Shown one piece after another: positions 1-11,620 of a stretch of 64,000 nucleotides of DNA. This DNA comes from Gammaproteobacteria bacterium (lineage in GTDB: Bacteria > Pseudomonadota > Gammaproteobacteria > Ga0077536), in contig CAXXLL010000003.1 in the NCBI GenBank assembly GCA_963662545.2, positions 2,304,001 to 2,368,000 on the forward strand, in the 5' to 3' direction. Made by a program: the position numbers and the translations under genes. Every line of letters begins with the position of its first letter. Within the stretch, counting starts at the first letter, position 1. Below the pieces are notes generated by a model. The model had not been told where the DNA came from. It saw only the letters and a list, made by a program, of their open reading frames with translations, and ran no database searches.

Positions 1-120
1 CGTAGCATCGGCAAGAGCCGAACCGCCAGTCGTCCGTCTGGATGAATATCGGTGGGAAAACTACTGCGGCGGGCTTTATCAGCTACCTGTGGCCGCATAA
101 CGCTTAATTCGCCACCAACA
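1..120 (+). mobile_element. 3' end of an rve-integrase-core IS (IS3/IS481-like); continues off the window
   Basis: Identical to 7279-7398; ends ...AATTCGCCACCAACA (TGT..ACA-type terminus). Confidence 0.7.
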
Positions 121-182
121 CGTGGGTAGAGATTAGCCCTACGGACCTCTTCTCAGTAAAAACAGAAGCTTACTGAATGTTA

Positions 183-196
183 TGGCGGAGAGAGAG
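183..196 (-). repeat. att core: duplicated 3' end of tRNA-Ser
   Basis: TGGCGGAGAGAGAG vs TGGCGGAGAGGGAG at 33988-34001 (13/14 match), 170 bp upstream of a P4-type integrase. Confidence 0.75.
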
Positions 197-304
197 TCCG
201 CTATAATATAGTTCTACCAAGTCCAGAGTAGTCCATAAGATTCGAATATTCATGTACTTGTTATCCTATACTATCCAGAGCCAACTGCTATAATCCATAC
301 ATAT

Positions 305-324
305 CGGGGGACCGTTTGGGGGAC
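305..324 (+). promoter_or_regulatory. Putative integrase arm-type sites (paired GGGGG motifs)
   Basis: CGGGGGAC-n4-TGGGGGAC; a matching pair TGGGGGCT-n3-CGGGGGGC lies at 33913-33931 near the other att. Confidence 0.5.
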
Positions 325-365
325 TTACCCAATGGAGCTCCACCGACAAGAACAGGATTTATGGC

Positions 366-1580
366 ATGCCGATACACAAGCTCAACCCGCGCAAAGTTAC
401 AACCGTAGGCCCCGGCAAGTATGAGGACGGCGGCGGGCTTCGCCTGGTGGTTGCCGGTTCGGGAGCGAAGAAATGGGTGCTGCGCTTCACCATCGACGGC
501 AAGCGTCGGGAGATGGGCCTGGGCAGCTTCCCGGATGTAGGATTGGCCGAAGCACGGGACCAAGCTGCGGCCTACCGGAAACAGGCCAAGGCCGGGGTTG
601 ATCCGATCGAGGCGCGGCAGACCGGGATCGAGACAACGCCCACCTTCACCACCTGCGCGGCCCGCTATATCCAGACCCATCGACGCGCCTGGAAGAACGC
701 CAAACACGCCCGACAGTGGGTGCGCACGCTCAAGACCTACGCCCGGCCGGTGATGGGCTCGAAGCGGGTGGACATCATCGTTACGGAGGATGTTTTGAAA
801 ATCCTCAAACCCATCTGGACCACCAAGACCGAGACCGCCAAGCGGGTCCAGGGGCGGGTCGAAAACATCCTCGATTACGCCGCCGCGCACCAGTACCGCG
901 ACCCGCTGAACCCCGCCCGCTGGCGCGGCCATCTGGACAAACTGTTACCGAAGCCGGCACGGGTGAAGCAGGTTACCCACCATCCGGCCATGCCCCACAC
1001 CGAAGTCCCCGCCTTCATGGCGGAGTTGTCGGACAACGACAGTGTCTCCGCGTTGGCGCTGCGGTTTCTGATCTTGACGGCCACCCGCACCAATGAGGTG
1101 CTACACGCGCAATGGCAAGAGGTTGACCGGGAGGCCGCTGTCTGGACCATCCCCGCTGACCGGATGAAGACCCGGCGCGAACACCGGGTGCCGCTGTCAG
1201 ACGCGGCTCTAGCGGTTCTGCAGGCGCTGCCCTGCCTCGAAGGCAATCCCTATCTCTTTCCCGGTGCCCGGCATGGCCACCCTCTGTCGAACATGGCTCT
1301 GCTGCTGCTGATGCGCGGCATGGGGTACGGGGGCTGTGGCGAGCGGGGTCACTACGTGCCCCACGGTTTCCGCTCCAGCTTCCGTGACTGGTCCGGTGAG
1401 GTCTCCAGCTTCCCGCGCGACGTGGCGGAGATGGCCCTGGCCCACGTCATCGAGAACAAGGTAGAAGCTGCCTACCGACGCGGCGATTTGTTCACCAAGC
1501 GCCGCAAGATGATGCAGGAATGGGCGGCCTACGTCGGCAAGCCACAAGCCGAAGTCATACCGATCGGCACACACGCCTGA
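366..1580 (+). CDS. P4-like tyrosine integrase with Arm-DNA-binding domain
   Basis: N-terminal DGGGLRL..KKWVLRF..GKRREMGLG; catalytic R (TATR), HGFR, LAH and AAY motifs. Confidence 0.95.
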   Translation: MPIHKLNPRKVTTVGPGKYEDGGGLRLVVAGSGAKKWVLRFTIDGKRREMGLGSFPDVGLAEARDQAAAYRKQAKAGVDPIEARQTGIETTPTFTTCAARYIQTHRRAWKNAKHARQWVRTLKTYARPVMGSKRVDIIVTEDVLKILKPIWTTKTETAKRVQGRVENILDYAAAHQYRDPLNPARWRGHLDKLLPKPARVKQVTHHPAMPHTEVPAFMAELSDNDSVSALALRFLILTATRTNEVLHAQWQEVDREAAVWTIPADRMKTRREHRVPLSDAALAVLQALPCLEGNPYLFPGARHGHPLSNMALLLLMRGMGYGGCGERGHYVPHGFRSSFRDWSGEVSSFPRDVAEMALAHVIENKVEAAYRRGDLFTKRRKMMQEWAAYVGKPQAEVIPIGTHA

Positions 1581-1758
1581 AATGGTCAGGGCCCCCTGGG
1601 AGGGACAGACCCTGTTCTATCCCGCAAGCCGCGTTTGCACGGCCCGCTCCATCCGCGGGTGATACCCGTCAATAACCTGGCGCGCTCGGGACTGTGTTTG
1701 TCTCGATATTTATGTGGCGACACAGTCATTCGTCACGACTCACATGCGCGGCATCGCG

Positions 1759-1828
1759 GCCGTGACACTTTTCGCAGCCGGTCCTTCCGTAACCGGCAAA
1801 ACCGATGAAACCGACACCGCCCGCCACG
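1759..1828 (+). repeat. ~70-bp inverted repeat, left copy (partner 30455-30524)
   Basis: 31-bp perfect core CGTAACCGGCAAAACCGATGAAACCGACACC (1788-1818) is the reverse complement of 30465-30495. Confidence 0.85.
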
Positions 1829-2122
1829 CCCCATCGTAAACCTGGACGAACCGCAACGAACCAATCTCTCGAGTCGGTGACGACATGGTGAAGACCTGGG
1901 GAAAGCCGGTCATTGCATAAACGTTGAGCGGGCATCTAAACCTCATCACCTCGGCGCTACAGTGCGCAGGGATCGCGGTTGAGCGACAGAAAAGCGGCCG
2001 GCGGCTGATTTTCGAGTATTCGGCTTACCCGAAGGGAAACACTGAAGGGCGTCCCCATGCGCGCGGGGCGGTGGTGGAGAGACATTCGAACCCATCCCTG
2101 AACGAACACCATAGGAGAACCA

Positions 2123-2400
2123 TTGATGAAGCACACCGAAATGATGGCCTTGTCAAATCGGGGGGGCACACGCACCGCGGTGGAACGCGCGAGCGCGTGG
2201 CTGCTGTCGCACTTGGAGGCGGGTAGCTGCTTGGACGCCGCCGGCTGGGTGAGGGCACGCGACATTGAGGTGGCGCGTTCGAAGACGGGCGTAAGTCGTG
2301 CCGCGCTAAACCGGGCCCGCAGGTGGTTGCAGAAAACCGGACACATCGAGAAATGTCGGCGCGGCTATCAAGGACCGTGGATGTATCGCCGGGTGGCCTC
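2123..2400 (+). pseudogene. Possible winged-helix fragment resembling the C-terminus of RepA/AAA replication proteins
   Basis: ASAWLLSHL...GVSRAALNRAR...GYQGPWMY pattern; the downstream part of ORF 2123-2902 looks non-coding. Confidence 0.3.
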
Positions 2401-3703
2401 GACGTCCAGGCACTGTCCGTTGTGCGGTGCGGTCAACGGTGTGCCGGCCCCGGTCGAGCCGGTGCCGACATCCGAGCCCCCCAGCCTGCGGTGGCGATCC
2501 GCTACCTTGGCCGGCGGTCCTGGTACACCGATGGATTGTATGGGACCGGCCTCGTGTGGCACGGCCCCGGTGACATCCAGCCGATCACGGATGCCGACAA
2601 GGCACGGCGCATGGCCCGGAATCACCCGGATGCCTATGAGCTCGTCGAGGTCGAGTCCGACTGACCGCGTTCAGGCGCCTGAGCCAAGGCAAACAAACGG
2701 CGCACAAGACCTGTTCCAACTGCCAACCGCTGAAACGCAAAGGGTCACCAAGACCGTAACAAACAGCGTCGCACCTGCGGTCCGGTTGCCTCGTTGGGCC
2801 CACCCCCAGCGGAAAACGAGGGCAATATTGCTCAGCATGAAGAAGCGACCTTCAAAGCCGGTTGACACACTCGCGGCTGCCAACCTTTTGCGTCACCGTT
2901 GACATGGTATTCGGTCATTTGATCAGCATACTGCCTCATTGACGGTGATAATGTTCAATGGTCTTCTCCTTTCACAAGGCGATTACATACGATTGTACCC
3001 AAAGCGGGCGCCGGGCGAACGGACACCCGACGCCCTATGCCGACCTTGGAAGTTCGCGCAAACAGGGCCGACAATCTGATAGACGAGCGCCGAAGCGGAG
3101 AGAAACGACAAGAGCCGCCCCGGCGCTCTGGCCCTGCGTAAACGAGTAGTCAAACGCAGAGATTTTGGCAGAAGCTAGCGGGTTATTTCTGAGGGGCGGG
3201 CGACCCGCGCCGCGGCGGAGGATCGTTGGGAAACAGGGCTTTGACTCCGCGCCGGAATCGCTCGTACAGCTCTTCGCCGGTCGTTTCCTCGGTGGCGTAA
3301 GGCTTGATGCGCATGTCTTCGTGGTAATCGCGTGGCGGTCGTTTTTTCAACTTTGGCATGGAGGCATTTTTTTGATAACAATAGTTTATCGCAAAATCGC
3401 AATCAATCCGGGCCCCTGCCAAGCGTTGACAAAGTGACCACTAAGCAACCATAGCCGTTGTCGTTTATTCGTCAACAACTATATACGATTGACGATCTCA
3501 ACGTCGCTATAGCACACCGCCCACCGTGACAACTCATGTGGTCCGCCCTGTCGGGCCACCCGCTGAACACAACAGCTGTTCAATGCAGCGCTGGGTAGCT
3601 CCCGGTGCTGGGCGAATAAGCGGGACTTTCCGCGATCACGTGGGTTGTCACAATGGCCCGGTGCCCTTTGCCGGGAAGGTCCCGATACACAGGAGAACTC
3701 ACC

Positions 3704-3979
3704 ATGAAGAAAGCCTTAGCGGTGCTGGCTTTACCGGCGCATTCTGCGTGGGCGCAAGAGTCCGCGTCTCCGAAAATCGCTACCCCCATCGGACTTGCTC
3801 CCCCGCAAAGCTACGTCCACATTGTCTGCGACAAGGACGAAGGTGAGGAAGATTGCGTCGTCGCCTTCCGGTGCCATGGCTACTTCGAGGCAGTGACGTG
3901 GACGGTCGACGTCGAGCCGGGGCTGTTCAACTACTGGCCGGGCAAAACCGATAGCTCGGGGAATTATGTACGAAAGTGA
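3704..3979 (+). pseudogene. Truncated secreted hypothetical protein
   Basis: AGGAG RBS then MKKALAVLALPAHSAWAQ signal-peptide-like start; ends at an IS-like terminus GGGGAATTATGTAC (~3958). Confidence 0.35.
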
Positions 3980-4432
3980 CGAAAAGCCGCTTAGCGGCTG
4001 ATCGTTAAGTCTTTTCAGCTTTTGGCTTTTCCGGTCCGTAGCCAGCGCCGCTGAGCACGACTTTGACGAACCAATGGGCTCGGTCCAGCAGCTCTTTTCG
4101 AGTTGCGTTCTCAGGTGGTGGTGGGGCGAAGCGAAGATCTGCGTCGTAGTCTCGCGGGGCTGCTTTAGGCTTTGACGTGTTGTCTCTCCATTGGCACCAC
4201 GCCGAAGGGTACCACGCCCCAGATCACATACAAGCCCACTTGGTGACTATCTTCGGGAATCCCGCGACGTCGGGTTACCCGTTGAATACAACAGCCTATC
4301 GTGGCGCTGGAGTAGCTACCAGCGTCGGGTGAACAGGCGGGGATTTCTCCTTTTTCCGAGGATGGTCGCCAATGGCCCGGCATGTTGAGTTGCACCGAAA
4401 ATTGACCCACCCGGAAGAGCCAGTATGGCTCA

Positions 4433-5206
4433 TTATTTTGATGATTTTCTAGTCTTCTTTTCCTTTTTGTTTTGCATCGAACTGTTCTTGAAGCGGAAGC
4501 TATCATTTCCGGTCTCAGCGATGTGGCAATGATGCGTGAACCGGTCCAACAGCGCTGTTGTCATTTTTGGATCAACGAACACGCTGGACCACTCCGAGAA
4601 ACTCAGATTAGTGGTAATGATGACGCTGGTGCGTTCATAGAGCTTGCTGAGTAAATGGAAGAGCAACGCACCGCCGGCTTGCGAGAATGGCAGATATCCG
4701 AGTTCGTCAAGAATGACGAGGTCCGTATGAACTAAACGCTTGGCCATTTTCCCAGGTTTTCTCTCTGCCTTTTCTTGTTCAAGCAGATTGACGAGTTCAA
4801 TGGTAGAGAAGCAGCGAACCCGTAAATGATGATGCCTGATGGCATGGACGCCGATCGCGGTTGCCAAATGGGTTTTGCCGGTACCGGGTCCACCGATGAG
4901 GACGAGGTTATGTGCATCGTCGATGAAGTCGCCGGCATGGAGCGTGCTGATCAAAGCCTGGTCAACGGTACTCTCGGTGAAGTCGAAACCGGCTAAATCG
5001 CGGTAAGCAGGGAAGCGAGCAACCTTCATTTGATAGTTGATCGACCGCACTTCGCGCTCGGCGACTTCGGCTTTAAGCAGTGACGCTAGAAGGGGCTCGG
5101 CTTGGCGGTAGGCCGGCGCCTGTTGTAGGGCGAGTTCACCGATAGCGTCAGCCATGCCGTGGAGTTTCAGCGACTTCAAGGTCGTTACCAGTGCGTCAGT
5201 CTGCAT
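4433..5206 (-). CDS. istB: IS21 helper ATPase IstB
   Basis: Walker A GGPGTGKT, Walker [16 protein letters not shown]. Confidence 0.93.
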   Translation of the reverse strand: MQTDALVTTLKSLKLHGMADAIGELALQQAPAYRQAEPLLASLLKAEVAEREVRSINYQMKVARFPAYRDLAGFDFTESTVDQALISTLHAGDFIDDAHNLVLIGGPGTGKTHLATAIGVHAIRHHHLRVRCFSTIELVNLLEQEKAERKPGKMAKRLVHTDLVILDELGYLPFSQAGGALLFHLLSKLYERTSVIITTNLSFSEWSSVFVDPKMTTALLDRFTHHCHIAETGNDSFRFKNSSMQNKKEKKTRKSSK

Positions 5207-6717
5207 GGGTAACCTCCCGTAAATGATCGTAGCGATCAACATTGGCTTGGGGCTCTTCAATCAAGCTCAGTCCGGCCGGTGCGTCGATGCGCGCTGGTGC
5301 GGTTGTTTCGAGCAACCGATTGAGGATATTGATAACGTGTTGCTTCGAAGGCGCGCCAGTTTCAAGCGCGAGTTCGACGGCACACAGCACCGTCTGCTCG
5401 TCGTGGTGCAAGACCAACGCCAAAACCTCGACCATCTCGCGATCGCCACCAGGGCGCTTGAGTCGTGTTGATTGGAGACGTTTGAACCCGTCAGGGAGCT
5501 CGGCAAAGGGAGCCCCATTACGCAACGCGCCCGGCTTGCGTTGCACCACGGCCAAATAATGACGCCCGTCGTATAAGACTTGCGCGGTGCGGTCATGACC
5601 CTGCGAGAACAGCCTGGGATGTTCGACGACTTTGCTACCTTCAGCGACAATCACGAGTCGATTCGCATAAACGCGTAGACTCACGGCGTGGTTCGCGAAT
5701 GCAGCCGGCACACGGTAACGATTGCGCTCGAACGCGATCAAACAGGTTGGCGACACCCGTTTAGTGTGCTCGATGAATCCATCGAACGGCGGCGGCATCC
5801 GCATCAGTGCTGTTTGCTCATCTACCCAGACCGCGGCGATGGTGCATCGGTTGCTCGGGGTGACGAACCTCATGCCACAGCATCTGACAACGAGCGGCCA
5901 ACCAGGTATTAAGTTCGTCCAGGTCAACAAACTTCGGTGCATCGTGCCAGAACCGTGACCGCGAGTCCCTCACGTTCTTCTCGATCTGGCCCTTCTCCCA
6001 GCCGGCGGCGGGGCTGCAAAATGTCGCCTCGAGTAAGAAGTGGCTGGCCATCGCCTGGAAACGCGCGTTGACCTCGCGGATCTTACCCCGACCAACCCGG
6101 TTCACGGCCGTCTTCATGTTGTCGTAAATACCCCGCTGAGGCACACCGCCCAGCACGGCCAACGCGTGGTTGTGCGCATCGAATAACATCTCGTGCGTTT
6201 GCAGCGGGTAAGCACGTAGGACGAATGCGCGGCTGTAGGAGAGTTTGAAATGCGCGATCATGAGCTTGCGGCGCTCGCCGCCGATCACTGCCCAGTCTTC
6301 GGACCAATCAAACTGAAAAGCCTCTCCCGGCTCGAACACCAACGGGACAAACGTCCCACGGGCCGCCTTTACCCCCTCTTGGCGCCGCGTCCGCCACGCG
6401 CGCGCGAATGCTGCGACCCGGTCGTAGGAACCGCGATATCCCAGATGAACCAAGTCGCCGTAGAGTTGGCGTAAATTACGCCGTTGTTTGCGGCTACGAC
6501 CCGATTCTCGCGTCAGCCACGACGCCAGCGTTTCCGCATCGTCATCTATTTTGCTGGGGGTCGTGCGCTTGGGATACGCAGGCTCCACCTCGCCGCTCGC
6601 CAAATACTTAGCAATCGTGTTCCTGGATAACTTCGTTCGACGGGATATCTCTCGGATCGACTGGCCTTCCCGAAAATGCCAGCGTCTAATAACACTCAAT
6701 AAATCCACGTCCATCAC
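5196..6717 (-). pseudogene. istA: IS21 transposase IstA, frameshifted
   Basis: 2-bp deletion near 5845 relative to the intact copy (GATGGTGCATC vs GATGGTCCGCATC) splits the ORF into 5818-6717 and 5196-5942. Confidence 0.92.
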
Positions 6718-6823
6718 TCCTTCTGTCTCCTGCTCGGTTCCGAGCAGGCAAGGGTCTATGAGTGGATCAAATTTGGATGCAAATACCTACCTTAAGTGGA
6801 TCACTTTTAAGTGCAAATCAACA

Positions 6824-7398
6824 GACAGCCTCTGGAGCGTCGATTTATTTCGGTGCGAATCACTGATCATAAATACCCACTGGGTGATGGTCGTCATGGA
6901 ACAATTCACTCGGCGGATTATCGGCTTCGCCGTTCATGCCGGGGTGGTCGACGGATCCGCGGCCTGCCGCATGTTCAACGAGGCGACTGCCGGATCAGGA
7001 GCCCGACCCCGATATCTCAGCAGTGACAACGATCCGTTGTTCGAGTTCCACCGTTGAAAGGCAAACCTGCGGATCCTCGAAGTAACGGAGATAAAGACTG
7101 TCCCATACGTACCCTTATCTCATCCGTTCGTCGAGAGATTGATCGGCACCGTTCGGCGCGAATTCCTCGATTTCGTGCCGTTCTGGAACGCCCATGATCT
7201 GCAGCAGAAGCTTCGTAATTTTCGGGAATACTACAATCGCGTGCGAGTTCACCGGGCGTTGGATGGCGCCACGCCGGACGTAGCATCGGCAAGAGCCGAA
7301 CCGCCAGTCGTCCGTCTGGATGAATATCGGTGGGAAAACTACTGCGGCGGGCTTTATCAGCTACCTGTGGCCGCATAACGCTTAATTCGCCACCAACA
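6824..7398 (+). pseudogene. rve integrase-core transposase fragment (IS3/IS481-like), 5' end removed at IS21 copy A
   Basis: WSVDLF, SSDNDP, VERLIGTVRRE, YNRVRVH motifs; in-frame TGA at 7055-7057. Confidence 0.8.
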
Positions 7399-7431
7399 GG
7401 TCAGGGCGCTCCGCAGCGGTGAAATCACCCC

Positions 7432-7695
7432 TCAACGGCGCGTAATCGGCCAAGCGAACCACGCTCTCTGGGCATGCTGTTTGGCGAGGATCATGAGATT
7501 GTGGCCACGCCGCTCTGCGCCGAGCCGATAGGCGAGCCTGTCCGCAACCTGCTTCCAGGCCCAGCCGGACACCCGTTTGAGATGGTAGGCCTTGGCGCTG
7601 AGCGAAGCTTGCTTGCACGTGGCGCAATATTTCCTGAGCTGCTTTTTCTGCTGCGCCCACAGTGCCTGACCGCAAACTTTACAAGTGCCGGGCAA
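7432..7695 (-). CDS. Small hypothetical protein with two CxxC motifs (Zn ribbon) and an HTH-like tail
   Basis: CKVC...CATC and WAWKQVADRL. Confidence 0.35.
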   Translation of the reverse strand: MPGTCKVCGQALWAQQKKQLRKYCATCKQASLSAKAYHLKRVSGWAWKQVADRLAYRLGAERRGHNLMILAKQHAQRAWFAWPITRR

Positions 7696-7816
7696 GCCCG
7701 AGCCTGTGGCCGATCTGCGAGACGCGCTGTTTCGTGATCCCCAGATCTGCGCTGATCTCGCGCTGCGTTTTCCGGCCCCACCACGCCCGTATGTTAAGAT
7801 TGACTTTCCATGCCAT
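7679..7816 (-). CDS. Small HTH (sigma70 region 4-like) ORF or fragment
   Basis: Manual translation: KTQREISADLGITKQRVSQI; too short for the supplied ORF track. Confidence 0.45.
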   Translation of the reverse strand: MAWKVNLNIRAWWGRKTQREISADLGITKQRVSQIGHRLGLARHL

Positions 7817-8209
7817 CAAGGTTGGTTCGTTGACTTCGCCATCAGCATCTCTTATTGAGTCGGCCTTTGCACGGTATTTCCAATCTGCCTTCTTGCCACC
7901 ATGTTCGCCATCAGCACATGCGGGACAAATTGAGGTGACAGGCTAACGGAGGATTTCTGGTTCATCCTCGTTAGAGAAAGGAACAAAAATGAGGCAGGAA
8001 TCCATGAACACGAGCGGGCTCGCTGAGTGGCGGAAATTCTCACCAGCGATAACTGCTGCCGTATTCCCCCTATTCAGAGAAGAAGCCGCTGCGCACCCTG
8101 ATTGAACACTCCGAGCACACACCGACCGTCGCCGAAAACGCAGGCCATCTCGCCGTAAAACACGAGCGCAGGATGAGAAAGGACCCGTGGGCATGAATTC
8201 CGTGCTTTC

Positions 8210-9169
8210 ATGCTTTCATTCCTACTGTTTGTCGTCGCCCTGTGGGGGCTTGCACTACACCCAGCGCAGGCTGGATCGGGACTCTATCTGAGTAGTGAGT
8301 TGGGCGCCAACTTCGCCCCAAACCTGGATACGCTCGGCACGTCCAACGACCGGGCCAGCGCGTGTGACGAGTTCATCAATCCCATGTTCGCAACCGTCAC
8401 ACAAACACCAGGGTACGAGAACTACAACTGTACGGGGCCCAATCGCGGTGCGACTGGCGACTGGGAGAACACGCTCGACGCTGCCGAGGGCATTCTGGCC
8501 GGCGTGGCGGTGGGGTATGGCTTGCGGGAGACATACCCGGACCACTTTCTGGGCCGGTTCCGTTTTGAGGTGGAGTACTTCTACCGTGACACCGAATACG
8601 ACCAGACGGCCGACATCCCCAGTGCCGCGGGCGAGAGCGGCGACAAGCTGGCCCAGGAGATCCTGACGGCGACCGACCGCATCGGCAGCGTCACATCGCA
8701 CAATCTGTTTGGGAATCTGTACGTCGACTTCCCGAACAGCAGCCGCTTCACGCCCTATGTGGGGGTTGGCGTGGGCGTGGGATTTACCGACATGGACTAC
8801 GGCAGTCTGTGGGCGCGCAACCCCGATCCCAACGCGATCACCACGGGCGTCGGATTGCCCAACGCGGACGCCATCCGCCGGAATCTTGCCGGGACGACCA
8901 GCAGCGCGCAAACCAAGCTTTCCGACACGCTGTTCGGCTACCAGGTCCTGTTCGGCGTGGACTATGCGCTCACCGAAGCGCTCACGCTGGGGGTCAAGGG
9001 CCGCTGGGTCAACTTCGAGACCTTCAGCGATGGCGGCATCGTCTGGGATCCGCTGCGCAGTCATCCACCCCATCTGCGCAGAGACTTGAGCGAACCCGTA
9101 GCGGGTTGGTTCAAGACACAGGACATCGAAATGTTCGCGGTCAGCGTAACCATGAAATACCACTTCTAG
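8210..9169 (+). CDS. Outer-membrane beta-barrel protein (opacity/OmpA-like transmembrane family)
   Basis: Signal peptide, RFEVEYFY, FTPYVGVGVG, GYQVLFGVDY strands, C-terminal Y-x-F. Confidence 0.85.
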   Translation: MLSFLLFVVALWGLALHPAQAGSGLYLSSELGANFAPNLDTLGTSNDRASACDEFINPMFATVTQTPGYENYNCTGPNRGATGDWENTLDAAEGILAGVAVGYGLRETYPDHFLGRFRFEVEYFYRDTEYDQTADIPSAAGESGDKLAQEILTATDRIGSVTSHNLFGNLYVDFPNSSRFTPYVGVGVGVGFTDMDYGSLWARNPDPNAITTGVGLPNADAIRRNLAGTTSSAQTKLSDTLFGYQVLFGVDYALTEALTLGVKGRWVNFETFSDGGIVWDPLRSHPPHLRRDLSEPVAGWFKTQDIEMFAVSVTMKYHF

Positions 9170-9332
9170 GGAAGATCTGAACGACGCGGGCAAGGGTCAA
9201 AACGCGCCGACAGGCGCGCACGCCTGAGAAGTTGCTCGACCGAAAGGGCCGGTCAGACGCCGAGAAGATCGCCGCTAGGTGGGCCGAGGCGAGCGATGCC
9301 CACCAAGTCATCCGCAAAAACGCGCATCTGCG

Positions 9333-9449
9333 TTAGATTCGAACAACATCCGTACCACCCGTTCCCGTACCTCAGGGGAATAGTTGTTTGATTTGCTCAC
9401 CACGCCTCCTCTCAAGAAATGGAGCCTCCGGGAAAGTCGGGGCGGTTCA
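9333..9449 (-). mobile_element. IS3-family (IS51-like) left-end remnant
   Basis: TGAACCGCCCCG..CGGAGGC terminus followed by an OrfA start (SKSNNYSPEVRERVVRM). Confidence 0.65.
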
Positions 9450-9587
9450 CTCGATGATGGATGCTTGAAGTCATAGGAGGTCTTTGACTGTGGAGTTTTT
9501 TAGATCCGTAATTGATTGTAAATAGGCATCGAAAACTGACCCACTATCGGCGTCGAATATTGACCCACCCAGAAAGGGGTTATTGCA

Positions 9588-10320
9588 TTAATCTCTGTGT
9601 TTGATTCTCCAACTGTCATTGCCTGTTTCGATGATGTCGCAGTGATGCGTGACACGATCAAGAAGCGCTGTGGTCATCATTCTTTTCGCCGAATACGGTT
9701 GGCCATTCGCCGAACGCCAGGTTGGTGGTGATGATGACGGAAGTGCGCTGATACAGATGCGAGAGCAAATGGAAAACGAGCTGTCCGCCATTCTTTGAGA
9801 ACGGCAGATAACCGAGTTCATCGAGCACCACAAGTTCCGTGTATTTAGCCAATCGATCGGCAAGACGGCCACCTTTGCCGTTCAGTTTTTCCTGCTCAAG
9901 CTGGTTGGCAAGATCAACGAGATTGAAGAACTTGGCTCGATAGCCGGAGCGCACAGCTTGCGAGGCGATGGCGGTTGCCAAATGGGTTTTGCCGGTGCCA
10001 GTGCCGCCGACAAAGACAATGTTGCGGTGCTCCTCGATAAAGTCACCAGCATAGAGGTCCTTGATCTGAGTCTCTTCGATGGCGAGTTTGTCGAACTCGA
10101 AGCTGTCCAGATCTTTGGGCACCGGGAATCGCGCCTGGGTCATGCGGTAACGGATCGAACGTGCCTGGCGCTCACTGACCTCGATCTCGAAGAGTTGTTC
10201 GATAACGGTCTCGGTCGTTTGCTTGCGCTTGCGGGCAGTGGCGAGTACTTCATCATAGGCTTTCGGGATCGCCACGAACTTCAGGGACTTCATCAGCCCC
10301 ATAACATAATCACGCAACAT
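9588..10320 (-). pseudogene. istB: IstB with a frameshift near the 3' end
   Basis: GGTGTGKT and DELG in one frame; [12 protein letters not shown] in another. Confidence 0.85.
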
Positions 10321-11521
10321 GGACCACCTCCTTCCTGAAGCGGTCATAACGAGCGCAGTCTGCGACCGGCGGTTCGCTGAGTTCCAGATGAGCCGGGATG
10401 GTGACAATCTCGGGACTCGGTTCCTCATGTTGCCGGGCCAGCAGGTTGATGATGACGTCGCGGCTCACCGAGCCGTTGCCGAGGGCCTCGTTGCAGGCAT
10501 CGGCGACGGCATCCAGACCATAGCCTGGCACGCAGGCGAGGATATCGACCAGTTGGCGATCCCAGTCGGGATAATGCTTCAACCGCTGCCAGGTACGATG
10601 AATGGATCGGGGCAGATCCCAGTCCTTGAACGGCGCGCCATTGCGTAACGCACCCGGCTTCTTCTGCAGCACTGGCAGGTAATGCCAGGGGTTGAAAATC
10701 ATCTGATCGCGCTGGAAGCAGCGTGAGTGCTGGGCTACACACTCGCCATCGTGCAACACCACGATTTTATCGGCATAACTTCTGGGTTCTGCGGTCCGGC
10801 CCGCGGCTTTGCAGTCAACGCTGTATCGATTACGGTCGAAGTTCACCAGCGAGGTAGAACTGACACGCACGGTACGCTCGGCATAACCGTCAAAGGCGCG
10901 TGGCAATGTCAGTAACGACGGCCGTTCCGACTCAAACACTGACCATACTGTCTGATCCTTGAGCACCGGGTGACGCTGCTTCTTTGCCCATTGCAGGCAC
11001 TCGGCCTGCAATGCGTGGTTGAGCTCATCGAGGTTCCTGGCCTTGCGGGTGGGCGTGAACAGTCGACGCCGGACCGTGCGTACCTGGTTCTCCACCTGAC
11101 CCTTCTCCCAGCCTGCAGCCGGCGTGCAGGCGACCGGCTCAAAAAGATAATGGCTGGCCAGTTCCTCAAAGCGGCGGTTGAAGTCGCGTTCCTTGCCACG
11201 CAAGATACGGCACACCGCTGTCTTCATGTTGTCGTAAATGCCGCGCCGGGCGACACCGCCGAAAAACTCGAAGGCTCTGCGATGGGCATCGAACACCATC
11301 TCCTGTGACTCGCGAAGATAAGCAACCGTCAGAAAGAATCGGCTGTGACAAAGGCGGATGTGAGCAATCTTTACTTCAGTCATGGCGCCGGCAATGACGA
11401 TCTTCTCGTGGCTCCAGTCAAACTGAAACGCCTCGCCAGGTTCAAACACCAGCGGGATGTAAGCATCTGTAGGCGTTCCCTGATGCTCTTCTCGCCAGTT
11501 CTTCACAAAACGGCGCACACT
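10310..11521 (-). pseudogene. istA: IstA lacking the N-terminal HTH
   Basis: [22 protein letters not shown] motifs; abuts the IS21 E terminus. Confidence 0.88.
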
Positions 11522-11620
11522 TGCGTATTCCGGCGAAGCCGATCACTGATTCCATTTGATGCCGATCACCTGTTCCGGTCATGCCGATCGCTCATCGGAG
11601 CGTAGCGACGCAGGTGTAGT

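Larger units (their letters stand above)
4383..6823 (-). mobile_element. IS21-family element, copy A (istA frameshifted)
   Basis: Ends TGTTGAGTTGCA / TGCAAATCAACA; near-identical to 17962-20428. Confidence 0.95.
9517..11521 (-). mobile_element. IS21-family element D, 5'-truncated at copy E
   Basis: End TGTAAATAGGCATCGAAAACTGACCCA with internal repeat; istA lacks its N-terminus. Confidence 0.88.

Noticed and set aside
2950-4380. IS1595-like ends and small passenger ORFs (3183-3422 and around 3960-4170)
   Set aside because: Only a resemblance; no transposase or matching IR pair could be confirmed by eye.
7055-7057. TGA or TAG recoding (selenocysteine, pyrrolysine or an alternative code) in transposase genes
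   Set aside because: Core genes use TGA and TAG as normal stops, and the affected genes sit in decaying elements; point mutation is simpler.
8255-9193. 312-aa minus-strand ORF and similar long antisense ORFs across GC-rich genes
   Set aside because: Shadow ORFs expected from high-GC codon bias opposite well-supported genes.
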